Positions 42,115-52,586 of a stretch of DNA of 64,000 nt are shown piece by piece; the first letter of the stretch is position 1, and each line of letters begins with the position of its first letter. Source of the stretch: Candidatus Aegiribacteria sp. GTDB lineage: Bacteria > Fermentibacterota > Fermentibacteria > Fermentibacterales > JCC-6. The notes below the pieces were generated by a model, which was not told the origin of the DNA, ran no database searches, and saw nothing but the letters and a program-made list of their open reading frames with translations. Location: assembly GCA_013138965.1 (NCBI GenBank), contig WTBT01000034.1, positions 31,325-95,324 of the forward strand, written 5' to 3'. Made by a program: the position numbers and the translations under genes.

Positions 42115-42777
42115 ATGAACATAATAGAAGCCCGGAATATAGAGCGCAGTTTCGATGACCTGAGAGTACTCTCCGGCCTGGATATTGACGTTGCGAAGGG
42201 CGAGTTTCTTGCAATAGTTGGCAGAAGCGGTGTTGGTAAAAGCACTCTTCTCGCCATACTTGGAACCCATGACCTGGATCATGGCGGAACCCTGAAAATT
42301 GCGGAGAAGCCCACTGATGGGCTCTCCTCATCAGAACTTGCGGCACTCCGCAGAGAATATCTGGGTTTCGTGTTTCAGGATTTTCATCTGCTTCCGGCTC
42401 TGACGGCTACGGAGAACGTGATACTGCCGACTGTCTTCTCGGGGGGCGACCTGGAAAAGGCCAGAACACATGCCCTGGATATTCTGGGCAAGCTTTCCGT
42501 GCGAACCGATGAAACTCCCACGTCGCTCCTTTCAAGGGGAGAGAGACAGAGGGTGGCTGTAGCAAGGGGACTTGTTAACAGGCCTTCTGTTCTTCTTGCC
42601 GACGAACCCAGTGCAAGCCTTGACGAGGAGAGTGAGAATATCCTCTTCGATCTTCTGGATGAGTTGCGCAGACAGCAGAATTTCGCCCTGATAGCTGTGG
42701 TTCATTCCACAGGTGTCCTCGACCGTGCGGACAGAATCCTCGAACTGAAAGATGGCATCCTGCATGAAACTGTCTGA
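42115..42777 (+). CDS. ABC transporter ATP-binding protein (LolD/MacB-like)
   Basis: GRSGVGKST; FVFQ; LSRGERQR; LLADEP. Confidence 0.9.
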   Translation: MNIIEARNIERSFDDLRVLSGLDIDVAKGEFLAIVGRSGVGKSTLLAILGTHDLDHGGTLKIAEKPTDGLSSSELAALRREYLGFVFQDFHLLPALTATENVILPTVFSGGDLEKARTHALDILGKLSVRTDETPTSLLSRGERQRVAVARGLVNRPSVLLADEPSASLDEESENILFDLLDELRRQQNFALIAVVHSTGVLDRADRILELKDGILHETV

Positions 42778-44053
42778 AGTTAAGCTCGCCCTTCACCTGT
42801 GGAACCGCGGCCACTGGAAGGATTACATTTTCAGCCAGGGGATGCTGTTCACCGCGTCCCTTCTCCTTGTTTTCTTTATATCCATCGGCCTTGGGATGCA
42901 GAACCTTCTTGACAGGTTCCTCTCAAGCGATCTGCCCGCGGAACAGGTACGGGTCACTCCTGCTGGAATGCAGCTGGGGTTCTTTCAGACTGAAACAGGC
43001 GGAATGGAAATCACAGAGGAGATTAAAAATGAGCTGGAGAATTCACCCCTCGTTGAGCGGATTGACCCCCAGATATTCGCCCATGTTCCAGCCCTTCTGA
43101 AGGGTCAGCTGGGAGGACAGCCCTACTACACGGATATTACTCTGGAAGGGGTTACGGGGGAATTCCTCGGGGATTCTCTTCTGGAAGATATAAACTGGTC
43201 CTATGTACTTGATGATTCCTCCAGCCGCTTTCTTCCCATAATCCTCAGCGAAAATCTTCTGCTTCTGTACAACGCAGGTTTTGCCGAATCCAACGATCTT
43301 CTGGGGCTTACTCCGGATGGCGTGCTGGGAACGGAATGTATCGTTACCCTGGGAAGAAGTTCAATAGCGGATCTTGACAACCCCCCTGTGACTGTAAGAG
43401 CCCGAATAGAAGCAACCTCCCGTAACATGAACCTTTTTGCCATTGGTGTTCCATTTGAATTCGTGGATGAGATGAATTCGCTTTTCCTTCCCGATGATAC
43501 CAGAAGGTACAGCGCACTTGTCATAACAGCGAAGAGAGCCGAAGATGTCCCTGAGATCGTAAGAATCGTTGAGGAAACGGGACTGCGCGCTGAGACCCGG
43601 AGAGGCATTGCCCAGAAAGCTGAGATACTTGTGGGGGCTGTGACGGCCGCTCTCTCAGCTCTGGCTGCTGCAATTCTTCTGTCCGCTCTTTCAAGCGCCA
43701 TTCATACTCTGGTTGCCGACCTGAAGAACAGGCGCTTCGCGCTGGGGGTTCTGATGGCCCTTGGCACTCCTCACGACAGGCTTGCGATGATCTTTGCATT
43801 TCAGATCCTGTTCATGTCTTTCATATCGATGGTTCTCGGGGCTGTTCTGGGTTGCCTTCTGGCCTGGGGAGCAAGCAGTGCGCTTCTTTCGCTAAGCCCT
43901 GTACTCAGAGCCGCAGTCGACAGCCTTGCAGTGTTCCCTGCAGGATGGCTCGCAGCAGGGATAGGCGTAATGCTGGCCACTTCCACCGGTACAGCATACA
44001 TCTTCTTCGGCCGCATATTGAAAACCCCTGTAACAAGGCTGCTTCGTCCCTGA
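42764..44053 (+). CDS. ABC transporter permease (FtsX/MacB-like)
   Basis: One TM, periplasmic domain, then three TM; LGVLMALG motif. Confidence 0.8.
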   Translation: MKLSEVKLALHLWNRGHWKDYIFSQGMLFTASLLLVFFISIGLGMQNLLDRFLSSDLPAEQVRVTPAGMQLGFFQTETGGMEITEEIKNELENSPLVERIDPQIFAHVPALLKGQLGGQPYYTDITLEGVTGEFLGDSLLEDINWSYVLDDSSSRFLPIILSENLLLLYNAGFAESNDLLGLTPDGVLGTECIVTLGRSSIADLDNPPVTVRARIEATSRNMNLFAIGVPFEFVDEMNSLFLPDDTRRYSALVITAKRAEDVPEIVRIVEETGLRAETRRGIAQKAEILVGAVTAALSALAAAILLSALSSAIHTLVADLKNRRFALGVLMALGTPHDRLAMIFAFQILFMSFISMVLGAVLGCLLAWGASSALLSLSPVLRAAVDSLAVFPAGWLAAGIGVMLATSTGTAYIFFGRILKTPVTRLLRP

Positions 44054-44142
44054 CATGCAATAACAGGATCAAATCAGAACTGGAAAAGAGTGAATTAAGC
44101 CATCGGGATAATGCGCAATTCACTCGTTTTCGGTATTCCCTC

Positions 44143-45558
44143 TCATGCTGTCAAAGCATTACTGTCTCTTTTGTCTCTTATTATCTCTGTCTGAAGAAGG
44201 GCCAGAAGAAAAGCCCACAGCATGGTGAATCTGTAGTGGGTGAGAACAGAGGCAAACCCTGATGCGAAAAGCAACATGATCACCGCGCAGAATACGCCCA
44301 TTGATATTCCCGCCCTTAAACGGCTGTCTGTGTTGATGAATAGTTTCACTGCCCTGACCAGCGTGATCATGAATATAGCCAGAAACACCAGGACACCTAT
44401 CAGCCCCATGTTGAGGGCAATCTGAAAGTATGAACTGTCTACGTAATACACGGTTACCACAGCACCAATATCCGGTCTGAAACAGGTATATACTGCCCCA
44501 AGTCCCTTGCCTGTGATAATGGCTGTTCCTCTGAGGTCCTCAAGTATGGTGCTCCACGCGATCAGCCTGGAGAGGGTTGAGGTGCTGGTCACGAAACTGC
44601 TGGACTCACCCGTCCTCTCAGCTATATCCGTCGCGGAAAGGATACCCATGGTGGAGATGACGAAGACCATGAAGATGATCAGTACCGCCAGTGTTGTAAT
44701 GGAAACCATCAGCTTCCTGCCAATCCTTATATTGTCCTTCTTCCTGAACAGGTTCAGTATCCATGCGGCCGCAAGGGCAAGGACGCAGCCACCCCATATA
44801 CCCCTGGTCTGGGACAGCAATATGGCTGAACTCATGAGGATGAGAGCAGGTATAATGAGAATGAGGGTCGGTCGTTCTTTCCAGTCCTTCCACAACCTTC
44901 CCAGAAAGATGAGCATGATCGCACCGATGGCGTTGGGCTGCCTGGTTGTCACTCTGACTCCTGTGGTTTCTCTGATGTACACATCCTCTCCCGATCGCAT
45001 GTATCCCTTGATGGTGTATATCAGGCCACTGATCACCGCTGATATAAGCAGTAACTTCCAGAGCCAGCGTGAGTTCTTTTCATCCGAGAGGACCCAGAGC
45101 AAAGGGAAGTACAGCAAGTAGGGTCCGAATGTCTTAACCTGATAGTATATGAACAGCACGTTATGACCCGCTGCATAGCCCCGGTAAGCGGAAACGACGA
45201 ACAGGACGAGGAATATGATTATGAACACTCCCTGTTTACCTATCCTTATACTACTCATGGACCTGTCAGGAAGGGAGAGAAGCCACAGTGATAAAAAGAG
45301 AATGGTCAGCAGATCGTCAATCCTGAACACCCAGATTGAAGCTACCGTGAGTTGCGCTATTGTCAGGATTATCTGAAGGGCGAAAACCGACATCAGAACC
45401 CTTACTGGTGAACCGGCAAGCAGGAACAGAATACAGGGCACCCCCAGAAGCAGAACACAGATCATGTAATGCTCAGTGACCATGGAGATCGTAAGGACAA
45501 GTCCTATCAGAATTAAACCTGAAGACACTATCCTTGACGTTCCAGCTTCATCTTTCAC
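44143..45558 (-). CDS. O-antigen ligase/polymerase family membrane protein
   Basis: Multi-TM; QPNA, SQTRGIW, SRL..W, GKGLG, DSSY...MGLIG. Confidence 0.8.
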   Translation of the reverse strand: MKDEAGTSRIVSSGLILIGLVLTISMVTEHYMICVLLLGVPCILFLLAGSPVRVLMSVFALQIILTIAQLTVASIWVFRIDDLLTILFLSLWLLSLPDRSMSSIRIGKQGVFIIIFLVLFVVSAYRGYAAGHNVLFIYYQVKTFGPYLLYFPLLWVLSDEKNSRWLWKLLLISAVISGLIYTIKGYMRSGEDVYIRETTGVRVTTRQPNAIGAIMLIFLGRLWKDWKERPTLILIIPALILMSSAILLSQTRGIWGGCVLALAAAWILNLFRKKDNIRIGRKLMVSITTLAVLIIFMVFVISTMGILSATDIAERTGESSSFVTSTSTLSRLIAWSTILEDLRGTAIITGKGLGAVYTCFRPDIGAVVTVYYVDSSYFQIALNMGLIGVLVFLAIFMITLVRAVKLFINTDSRLRAGISMGVFCAVIMLLFASGFASVLTHYRFTMLWAFLLALLQTEIIRDKRDSNALTA

Positions 45559-46189
45559 AGCTGATGTTCCTGGAAAAGCTGACTTTTTCAGTTCTTCTCA
45601 GCTCCTTCCCTCACTATCTCAGCAAACCTGCAAACCTCCCGGAAAGCCATTTCTGTCATCGTCGGAGAACCCATGAAGGATATGTGGTGAATCATGCAGC
45701 GTTTCATCATCCTGCCAACCTTTACTGCTCCAGACAAAGCTCACCGGTCTGGATTCTCCCGGTTTCCCACCAGGAGCCGAAGATACCGGTCTATATTCCG
45801 CTCGGTCAACTTGTCGATGGTTACTGGTAGCCAAAATCCCTATCAACTCTCCCATAGAGCAGGATATATGATTAACTCATCAGGTCTCAATCCCGTGAAT
45901 GGCATCCTGCCAGGAAATATGATCTGCTACAACTGCCATGTATTTGTATCGTCTTTGAAGTTATATCTCATCGACAGTAAGTATTCAGACGGGCACCGGA
46001 GGAAGATGATTCATTCGGAATCTGTGTTGAATGGCTTGGTTGCTAGACTGACATTGGATTAGAGTATAAGTTCAAGTGGTATTCTTCGATGATAATCCCT
46101 ATATTGCATCTTATGCATATGACATCAGCTGGAACGAGGTAAATGATCTGCCTGGAATCAAATAGTCCCGAGTATAGGTGATCGAACGC

Positions 46190-47419
46190 ATGAAAATCGC
46201 TTTCATACTCAGGCGTTTTCCTACACTCTCGGAGACCTTTATACTCAATCAGATAACCGGACTCATGGATCTCGGGCATACAGTGGATATCTACAGTACG
46301 ATGGAGTCTGATACAGAGAAGATACACCCGGATGTGAATTCGTACAGGCTGCTCTATCACCTGAAAAGACTATCGGTCCCTAAGGGTTGGGGTGCAAGAG
46401 TAGCAGGAGCACTTCCTGCGCTTGCTCGAGGCCTGCTGTCATCTCCCCTGCCCACCCTCCGGTCCCTTGATGTGTTTCGTTTTGGCCGCTCGGCCACTTC
46501 CTTAAGGCTGCTTTACCTTGCATCTTCCTTCAACAAACGTTACGATATTATTCACTGTCATTATGGTGTGCTTGGTGATATGGGCATCACGCTGAAGAAA
46601 CTTGGTGCCGGTGCAGACATCATTGTAACATCATTCCATGGTTTTGATATAACCACATGGGTAGGAAAACACGGGGAACTGGTCTATGATGATCTCTTCA
46701 GTGAAGGTGACTTGTTTCTTCCCATTAGCGAGAAATGGAGGCAACGGCTAATAGAGCTGGGATGCCCCTCCGAAAAGATCTTGGTCCATCACATGGGTGT
46801 CGACTGTGAAAGGTTTACCTTCAAGCCCAGGTTACTCGATAAAGAAGGGAAAATCGAGCTGGCCAGTGTAGCCAGATTCGTTGAAAAGAAGGGACTGGAA
46901 TACAGTATCAGGGCTGTAGCAGCTCTGATGGATGAATACCCCCGTTTAAGATACACCATCGCAGGCAATGGAGAGCTTTTCGAGGATATGAGGAAACTTG
47001 TGGAGAATCTGGGAGCGTCCCAGTGCATTAAGTTAAGCGGATGGATGCCCCAGAATCGGATACTGGAACTCCTTCAGAAATCCCATATTCTTATCACACC
47101 CAGCGTCACAGCAGCAAATGGGGATCAAGAAGGCATTCCGGTGGTGCTCATGGAAGCTATGGCTATGGGTCTGCAAATCGTGACGACAATTCACAGTGGC
47201 ATTCCGGAGCTTGTTGAAGAGGGGGTCACAGGAAAACTGGTACCGGAGCGAGATCCAATAGCCCTGGAGAACGCTTTGAGAGAACTACTGGAAACTCCCG
47301 ATGAATGGTCACGGATGGGACGCGCCGGGCGTGAAAAGGTGGAGAGTAAATTCAATAGCAGAAAGCAGGTCTTAAAGCTGGTCAGGTACTATGATGAACT
47401 GACAGGAACATCATCATGA
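46190..47419 (+). CDS. GT4 glycosyltransferase (WcaL/AmsK-like)
   Basis: FPTLSETFILNQI, SFHGFD, ARFVEKKG, GDQEGIPVVLMEAMA. Confidence 0.9.
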   Translation: MKIAFILRRFPTLSETFILNQITGLMDLGHTVDIYSTMESDTEKIHPDVNSYRLLYHLKRLSVPKGWGARVAGALPALARGLLSSPLPTLRSLDVFRFGRSATSLRLLYLASSFNKRYDIIHCHYGVLGDMGITLKKLGAGADIIVTSFHGFDITTWVGKHGELVYDDLFSEGDLFLPISEKWRQRLIELGCPSEKILVHHMGVDCERFTFKPRLLDKEGKIELASVARFVEKKGLEYSIRAVAALMDEYPRLRYTIAGNGELFEDMRKLVENLGASQCIKLSGWMPQNRILELLQKSHILITPSVTAANGDQEGIPVVLMEAMAMGLQIVTTIHSGIPELVEEGVTGKLVPERDPIALENALRELLETPDEWSRMGRAGREKVESKFNSRKQVLKLVRYYDELTGTSS

Positions 47420-47564
47420 ATGCGGCTATTTCCTGAATCATAGTGTTTTCTGTCCAGAATTCTCAGTTGTGGAGATAGTCTTTAATTAACCAGTTTTCTA
47501 AAGCCGGTCTTCGGTTCAGCAACTTACATTATCCTGTCTGTAAGAGTCCTTCAGGCACGGAGTT

Positions 47565-48899
47565 TCAGTGTCCATTGGAATATAGCATTCCCGGACGGCC
47601 CCTCCTCAGTTGACGAAGGGACAATATGATAACCACCAGAGCACCTATAATAATCGATAATCCGGTTGCAATAGCAGCACCCAACCCTCCATACCTGGGT
47701 ATCAAAAGCAGATTCATTCCCACATTGATGCCAGCGGATGTCAGCACGCTGTAAAGAGAGTAGGATGGTTTACCAATAGCCACCGACATGCAGGAGAAGA
47801 TACTTCCAAAGGGTTTGATGACAGTAATGAACCCCAGAACCATCAGAACCGGCCAGGCAGCGTCATACTTCCCTCCATACAATGTATGCAGCACTCTTCC
47901 TGGGAAACCGGCATACAACACTATTGCCGGCAGCTGTATAATACTGATTATCATAATAGTGGACATGACACGTCTGACGATCTGGTCCCTCTGTCCCTGA
48001 TTCCACATTCTGGAGAAAAGTGGCAGTACCAAAATTTTAGCGGCCATGTTGATATTGTCAACCAGAGCAGTCAGTGTTCTGCTGGCAGCGTAACCGGAAA
48101 CCTCCGTATCCGCTACCATTTTACCAAGCAGAAGGATATCCGTTCTAGTGTAGATATTCCCGGCGATACCAGCACCAAGAGACACAACTGCGAAGCCGAA
48201 AAGCATCCTGATGTGCTCCTTATCAAGCCCCAGCGAGAAACTCACCATGTCCCTAATGAAAACAAAGCCCACTATCATGGAGGCCAAATTGCCGGCTATC
48301 ATAGCCTCGAATATCTGAATCGGGGACCTCAGGGAATCGAGCAGAATGAACACTGATACAACCAGGATGCGGACTACAACGGAAGATATCTGGGACCACA
48401 TTATTTCCCTGGTCCTGTGTCTTGCTGCCAGAAGGTTCTGCGGTAACATGGAGGCCGTACTCGTGATCACAAGGATTGCCAGAGCCATCGGTATGCCTCT
48501 CAGGTCGATCTCCGAGTAGAATGACTGCAGAAGATTGCCAGTAGAGACAAGCAGGATACCAATCAGTGCCGCCATTGACATAGACAGCACAATACCGGCA
48601 TTTGCTATTTTTCTCTCTCGATCGGAATTATTTTCTGAGATGTATTTGACTATGGACTGCATAACGAAACTGCCACCGAGCATCACGCTGAATATCTGCA
48701 CGCTCCTGGCAACCGAATAAGCTGCATATGCTTCCGTGGGCAGTATACGGATTACCAGAATTGAGAAAAAGCCCCATACAATCAGTGAACCCTGGCTTAC
48801 CAGTATGGGGAGTCCTATGCTTAATATCTTGCGCCGAAACCTTAGAATTTCTTGGAATATCTCAACATGCCTCAAGGGACTGTTACACTCTCCCTCCAT
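47565..48899 (-). CDS. Wzx-type oligosaccharide flippase
   Basis: Many TM; TDILLLG; NLLLIPRYGGLGAAIAT. Start uncertain. Confidence 0.85.
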   Translation of the reverse strand: MEGECNSPLRHVEIFQEILRFRRKILSIGLPILVSQGSLIVWGFFSILVIRILPTEAYAAYSVARSVQIFSVMLGGSFVMQSIVKYISENNSDRERKIANAGIVLSMSMAALIGILLVSTGNLLQSFYSEIDLRGIPMALAILVITSTASMLPQNLLAARHRTREIMWSQISSVVVRILVVSVFILLDSLRSPIQIFEAMIAGNLASMIVGFVFIRDMVSFSLGLDKEHIRMLFGFAVVSLGAGIAGNIYTRTDILLLGKMVADTEVSGYAASRTLTALVDNINMAAKILVLPLFSRMWNQGQRDQIVRRVMSTIMIISIIQLPAIVLYAGFPGRVLHTLYGGKYDAAWPVLMVLGFITVIKPFGSIFSCMSVAIGKPSYSLYSVLTSAGINVGMNLLLIPRYGGLGAAIATGLSIIIGALVVIILSLRQLRRGRPGMLYSNGH

Positions 48900-49313
48900 G
48901 GAGAATCAGCGGCTTTCAATGGATCGAGTAATCCCCGGTATGATGGATTCGACTCAAGCCGGAGAACATGTCAGCAGGAGGAAGATCATCAGGCTCCCGA
49001 TTCTCCAGCAGGAGTCAGAATAGAACTTCAAGGTCAGAATGCTAATTTCACCTGCTGATAAAGTCAATGATCATCATTAAGTAAGTGAAACAGTACTCTG
49101 AGAGAACCAAGGATATGACCGGGCGTCCAGATGACACTGACAGGAATTCCGTTTTCTTTATTGGAGATTACAATCATTCCCGATCAGAAGATCAACACCC
49201 GCTGCCGTTCCTTCGAATGGGGGTATGATGTGTCTGCGAAGTGACATCTATCCTCTCTGAAGTCAACACATAATAGATTCCAATTATCATAATAGAGCAT
49301 ATATGATATAATG

Positions 49314-50744
49314 TTAACAACTCTTTAGAAGTGACACAACCTTCTTTATTTTCTTTCCAAGTAACTTCAACCCGGTGTATTTGTTGATGGGAAGATCAAG
49401 TAATTCAGGCCAATTGAGCTTGCAAATTCCTTTTAGGAGGCCATTATCAGTTCTGTAATCAAAGGGTATACACATCATTGATCTGTAAATGTCGCGATGA
49501 CCGAATGCATAAATCTCGGGAAAACCGAGGAAGTCGTAGAAGTACCTGTTGGGACCACCCCAGCAGCCCATTTGCTGCTCCAGAAACAGCAAGTCAAGAA
49601 TATGGAATAAAGGCCAACCATGGAAAAACGAAAGCCATTCCACTGCCCCTGCAAGGCTCTCGGGAAGTGCGGGTATTTTCAGCCTTCGGAGTAAGTCTTC
49701 TGGGGTTAATTCCATTTCCTCGGAGTCTCCATCCTCCCAGTATCGGGTCCTTCCTACTTCACCCGCCAATCCCATGAGAACAAGGGCACCATCATCAAAG
49801 GCACTAGTGTAGACCGAGCGATAGCCATGCCCCCCTGTATCAGAGCAATATCCCGTAACAAAAAGACGTTCCTTTTGCTCAGCCAACGAAGCAGGGTGAA
49901 GCTCAAGCGTGATGTGCCTTATCCCGAACCTTTTTGCAAGGATTTTAGCAGTATGCAGGTCAAGTTCCTTTGCACCGGTGAAAAAGACTGATTGCTGGAG
50001 ATCATGTGCCGCGCAAGCCAGGACAATCCGTGTATCTGCCCCAGCAGTGAGTCCAATGTAACAACCATACGTGTTCACTGCACGGATGATACTAGTGACG
50101 GTGCTCGATATTAATCGGAGTGTGGATTCTGGATCCTGAGTGCATACGAACTCCCCATCCGATGGCCAGTGCCTTTCAGCCTTCCATGTCCCGCAATCGA
50201 GGTAGTGGTTTGGGAGGAGCCGGGAAAGAGTTCTATGAGGTGTAAACCCAAAGGGATACCAATTTGGATAACGATCAATAAGGTCGGATCTATAGTCGTT
50301 ATCGCTGGGGCCCTTACTTATCACGGAACACGTAGAACAAACAGTCTCTTCCTCAATGGAGAATAGCGCAGCCAGCGATCCGGTCGGGTCAAGATAGACG
50401 CGTGTGGCTCCATCCATGAATAGAACGGCAATGTATCTACCTGCATGCTTGAAGAGCCACTTCTCCATACTACTCCAGGAATCAGGTGTATCGCAGCGGA
50501 CATTACTACTCGTCAGGAGTGAGGGTCCAGAGAGGTTGATCGGATGCCCAAGGAGCCACCCAATGATCTCATCGGTTCTGGAGTCGAGAATGTTAATTAC
50601 TGGAAGAGAAGGATGAGTTGAGAGCAGCCAGTCCTCAATTGACCTGATCATCCATCCGGAAGGGGAGCGATCAGGATCTTTTGTCAACAGGAACTGGTTC
50701 CGCAGAATCGAATGATCTAAAGTCACAATTTCAGAACTCCTCAC
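49314..50744 (-). CDS. Asparagine-synthetase-like (PP-loop) protein
   Basis: LDPTGS, RLLPNHYLD, LTAGADTR (SGGxDS-like), GLAGEVGR. Confidence 0.6.
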   Translation of the reverse strand: MRSSEIVTLDHSILRNQFLLTKDPDRSPSGWMIRSIEDWLLSTHPSLPVINILDSRTDEIIGWLLGHPINLSGPSLLTSSNVRCDTPDSWSSMEKWLFKHAGRYIAVLFMDGATRVYLDPTGSLAALFSIEEETVCSTCSVISKGPSDNDYRSDLIDRYPNWYPFGFTPHRTLSRLLPNHYLDCGTWKAERHWPSDGEFVCTQDPESTLRLISSTVTSIIRAVNTYGCYIGLTAGADTRIVLACAAHDLQQSVFFTGAKELDLHTAKILAKRFGIRHITLELHPASLAEQKERLFVTGYCSDTGGHGYRSVYTSAFDDGALVLMGLAGEVGRTRYWEDGDSEEMELTPEDLLRRLKIPALPESLAGAVEWLSFFHGWPLFHILDLLFLEQQMGCWGGPNRYFYDFLGFPEIYAFGHRDIYRSMMCIPFDYRTDNGLLKGICKLNWPELLDLPINKYTGLKLLGKKIKKVVSLLKSC

Positions 50745-51266
50745 TTCGGAATTTACTCATCTATATATGAATTAATCATACCTTAATTAATCATGCTGCT
50801 ATTTTGTGGTATTTATATTGTAATTATTCAACCTCAACTATCTGGTATCACCAAAACTGCAGATGATACTCAATACCATATAATGATTGAATAGAACTAA
50901 CAACAAGTCAAGGTTCAGCAGGGAGCGTAACGATGAGCTTCCCCCCAAAGGCATCGGTAAGAACATGGATAACGGAGACAGAGTTCATCCTGACGGTTGA
51001 AATAATCCGGATACGGCAGAAAGCGTACGCCGCATGGTGCTCAAGAGAAGAAGAAATATAATTCTGGGAGCAGGATAGGCTCCATTCAGCAGAATCGCAC
51101 AGCAACCCAGTGGGGGAGTGTTCCCTCGGAGGGCTTTCAGGCAGAACATCCTTGAAACCATCAGGATTATAGATAATATTCATGCTGGTGATGGGAATCT
51201 TACAGGTCCTTGCCATAAGAATAACGGGCAACGGGAAAGTACTACCCCCTTTTCGATAAGGTCTTG

Positions 51267-52586
51267 CTAGAAGAGGTCGAAGTTGATAGAGGTTGTGAAG
51301 CTGCTGTTGAATTTTTTCCAGGTTGAAATCTCAGGTGATCTTGTGTAGTCCACAGCGTAACCTATTCTCACATATAGAGGGCTCCATGTACTTAAAGCCA
51401 GGGAAATGCTTCCCTTTGAGATGAAATTCTCCGGATTGTCAGGCGGAAAATACACGTTACCTGATATCTCCGCCTCCCTGATGAATGTATGGAGTTTCCT
51501 GTACCTTAAATCTGCAGAGGCAAAAACGGAGAAATCATTGATGAACATTTCTCCCGCCCCAGAGGTCCAGCGAGCGTTGACAGAGCCAAACCCCAGTTTA
51601 GGTGAGAACCAGAACCAGGAAAGAATTGATTTCTGCCATCCAACCGAACAGTAGGATGTTATCTGCCATGGACGCTCTGTGTACATCTGTCTGTCCCAGT
51701 CTGATGCGGCTTCAACGTAATAGCTGTCATGGAACCAGTAATCGACTCCCAGTCTTGCCCAGCCCCTGTTTGTATTGAGGCTATCTCTACTGAGTCCGTA
51801 TATCTCCTCCCATGTGACTGACCTACCGCCGAAAGCCGCATCAACTGACGTTCCTCTGCGGTCGAACCGGTACGATAATCTGGCGCTGCCACCCCAATCA
51901 AGCATTGCGCGGTTTCCACGTTCGATTGATAGATCCGCTGATGTTGATGCGCTGAAACCCTGCATTGTTCCAATAGTGGATTCCACTTCGTAGGAATCAC
52001 CAGCAATAATCCTCAATCGGTTTCTGGCGAAACTGTTGAAAACATCCTGTTCAAGAATCATGAGGTAGTAATCCACAGCATCCTCAGTTCTGGCTTCCCG
52101 CTGCGCGATATCACCAAGGGAGAGGAGTGCCGGAAGAAAATCCGGATCCAGGGAAAGGGTTTCATCGAAATAATGGAGGGCTGATTCGGAACCGTCACTC
52201 TCAGCCTTGAGGGTTCCCAGCAGATACAAAGCCAGAACGTTTTCCGGGTCCTGCCGTATAGATTCAAGCAGCTGCTCCCCGGCTTCTTCTGGAAGTGGAT
52301 CAGTGCCTGACATCAAAAGGACTCCACGGGCCGCATGGGTAAGGGAGGTCTGGGAATCCGGAAGAAAGGATTCTGCTGAAAAACCTGTACCTGCCTCAAA
52401 TTCATTCTCCAGGGCCGAGGCAATAAACATCGCGGCAAGTGCATCAACATCGGTAGAATCCGCAGCGTAGATATCTCCTGCTTTCTCTGCGGCAGCTCCC
52501 CAGTCACCTTGCGAACAGCTTGAATACCAGGGTTGAAGGTTTTCAGGCAGAAAGGAAAGAAGGATGATCAGTATTGAGCCATACAT
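51267..52586 (-). CDS. TPR protein with C-terminal beta-barrel (DUF481-like)
   Basis: TPR-like helices, then amphipathic strands; terminal Phe. Confidence 0.7.
   Translation of the reverse strand: MYGSILIILLSFLPENLQPWYSSCSQGDWGAAAEKAGDIYAADSTDVDALAAMFIASALENEFEAGTGFSAESFLPDSQTSLTHAARGVLLMSGTDPLPEEAGEQLLESIRQDPENVLALYLLGTLKAESDGSESALHYFDETLSLDPDFLPALLSLGDIAQREARTEDAVDYYLMILEQDVFNSFARNRLRIIAGDSYEVESTIGTMQGFSASTSADLSIERGNRAMLDWGGSARLSYRFDRRGTSVDAAFGGRSVTWEEIYGLSRDSLNTNRGWARLGVDYWFHDSYYVEAASDWDRQMYTERPWQITSYCSVGWQKSILSWFWFSPKLGFGSVNARWTSGAGEMFINDFSVFASADLRYRKLHTFIREAEISGNVYFPPDNPENFISKGSISLALSTWSPLYVRIGYAVDYTRSPEISTWKKFNSSFTTSINFDLF

Noticed and set aside
42529-42546. ABC signature LSRGE instead of LSGGE
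   Set aside because: This variant occurs in functional ABC ATPases, and the other motifs are intact.
50908-51231. 107-aa minus-strand ORF
   Set aside because: No clear RBS or family motif; may be spurious or a remnant.
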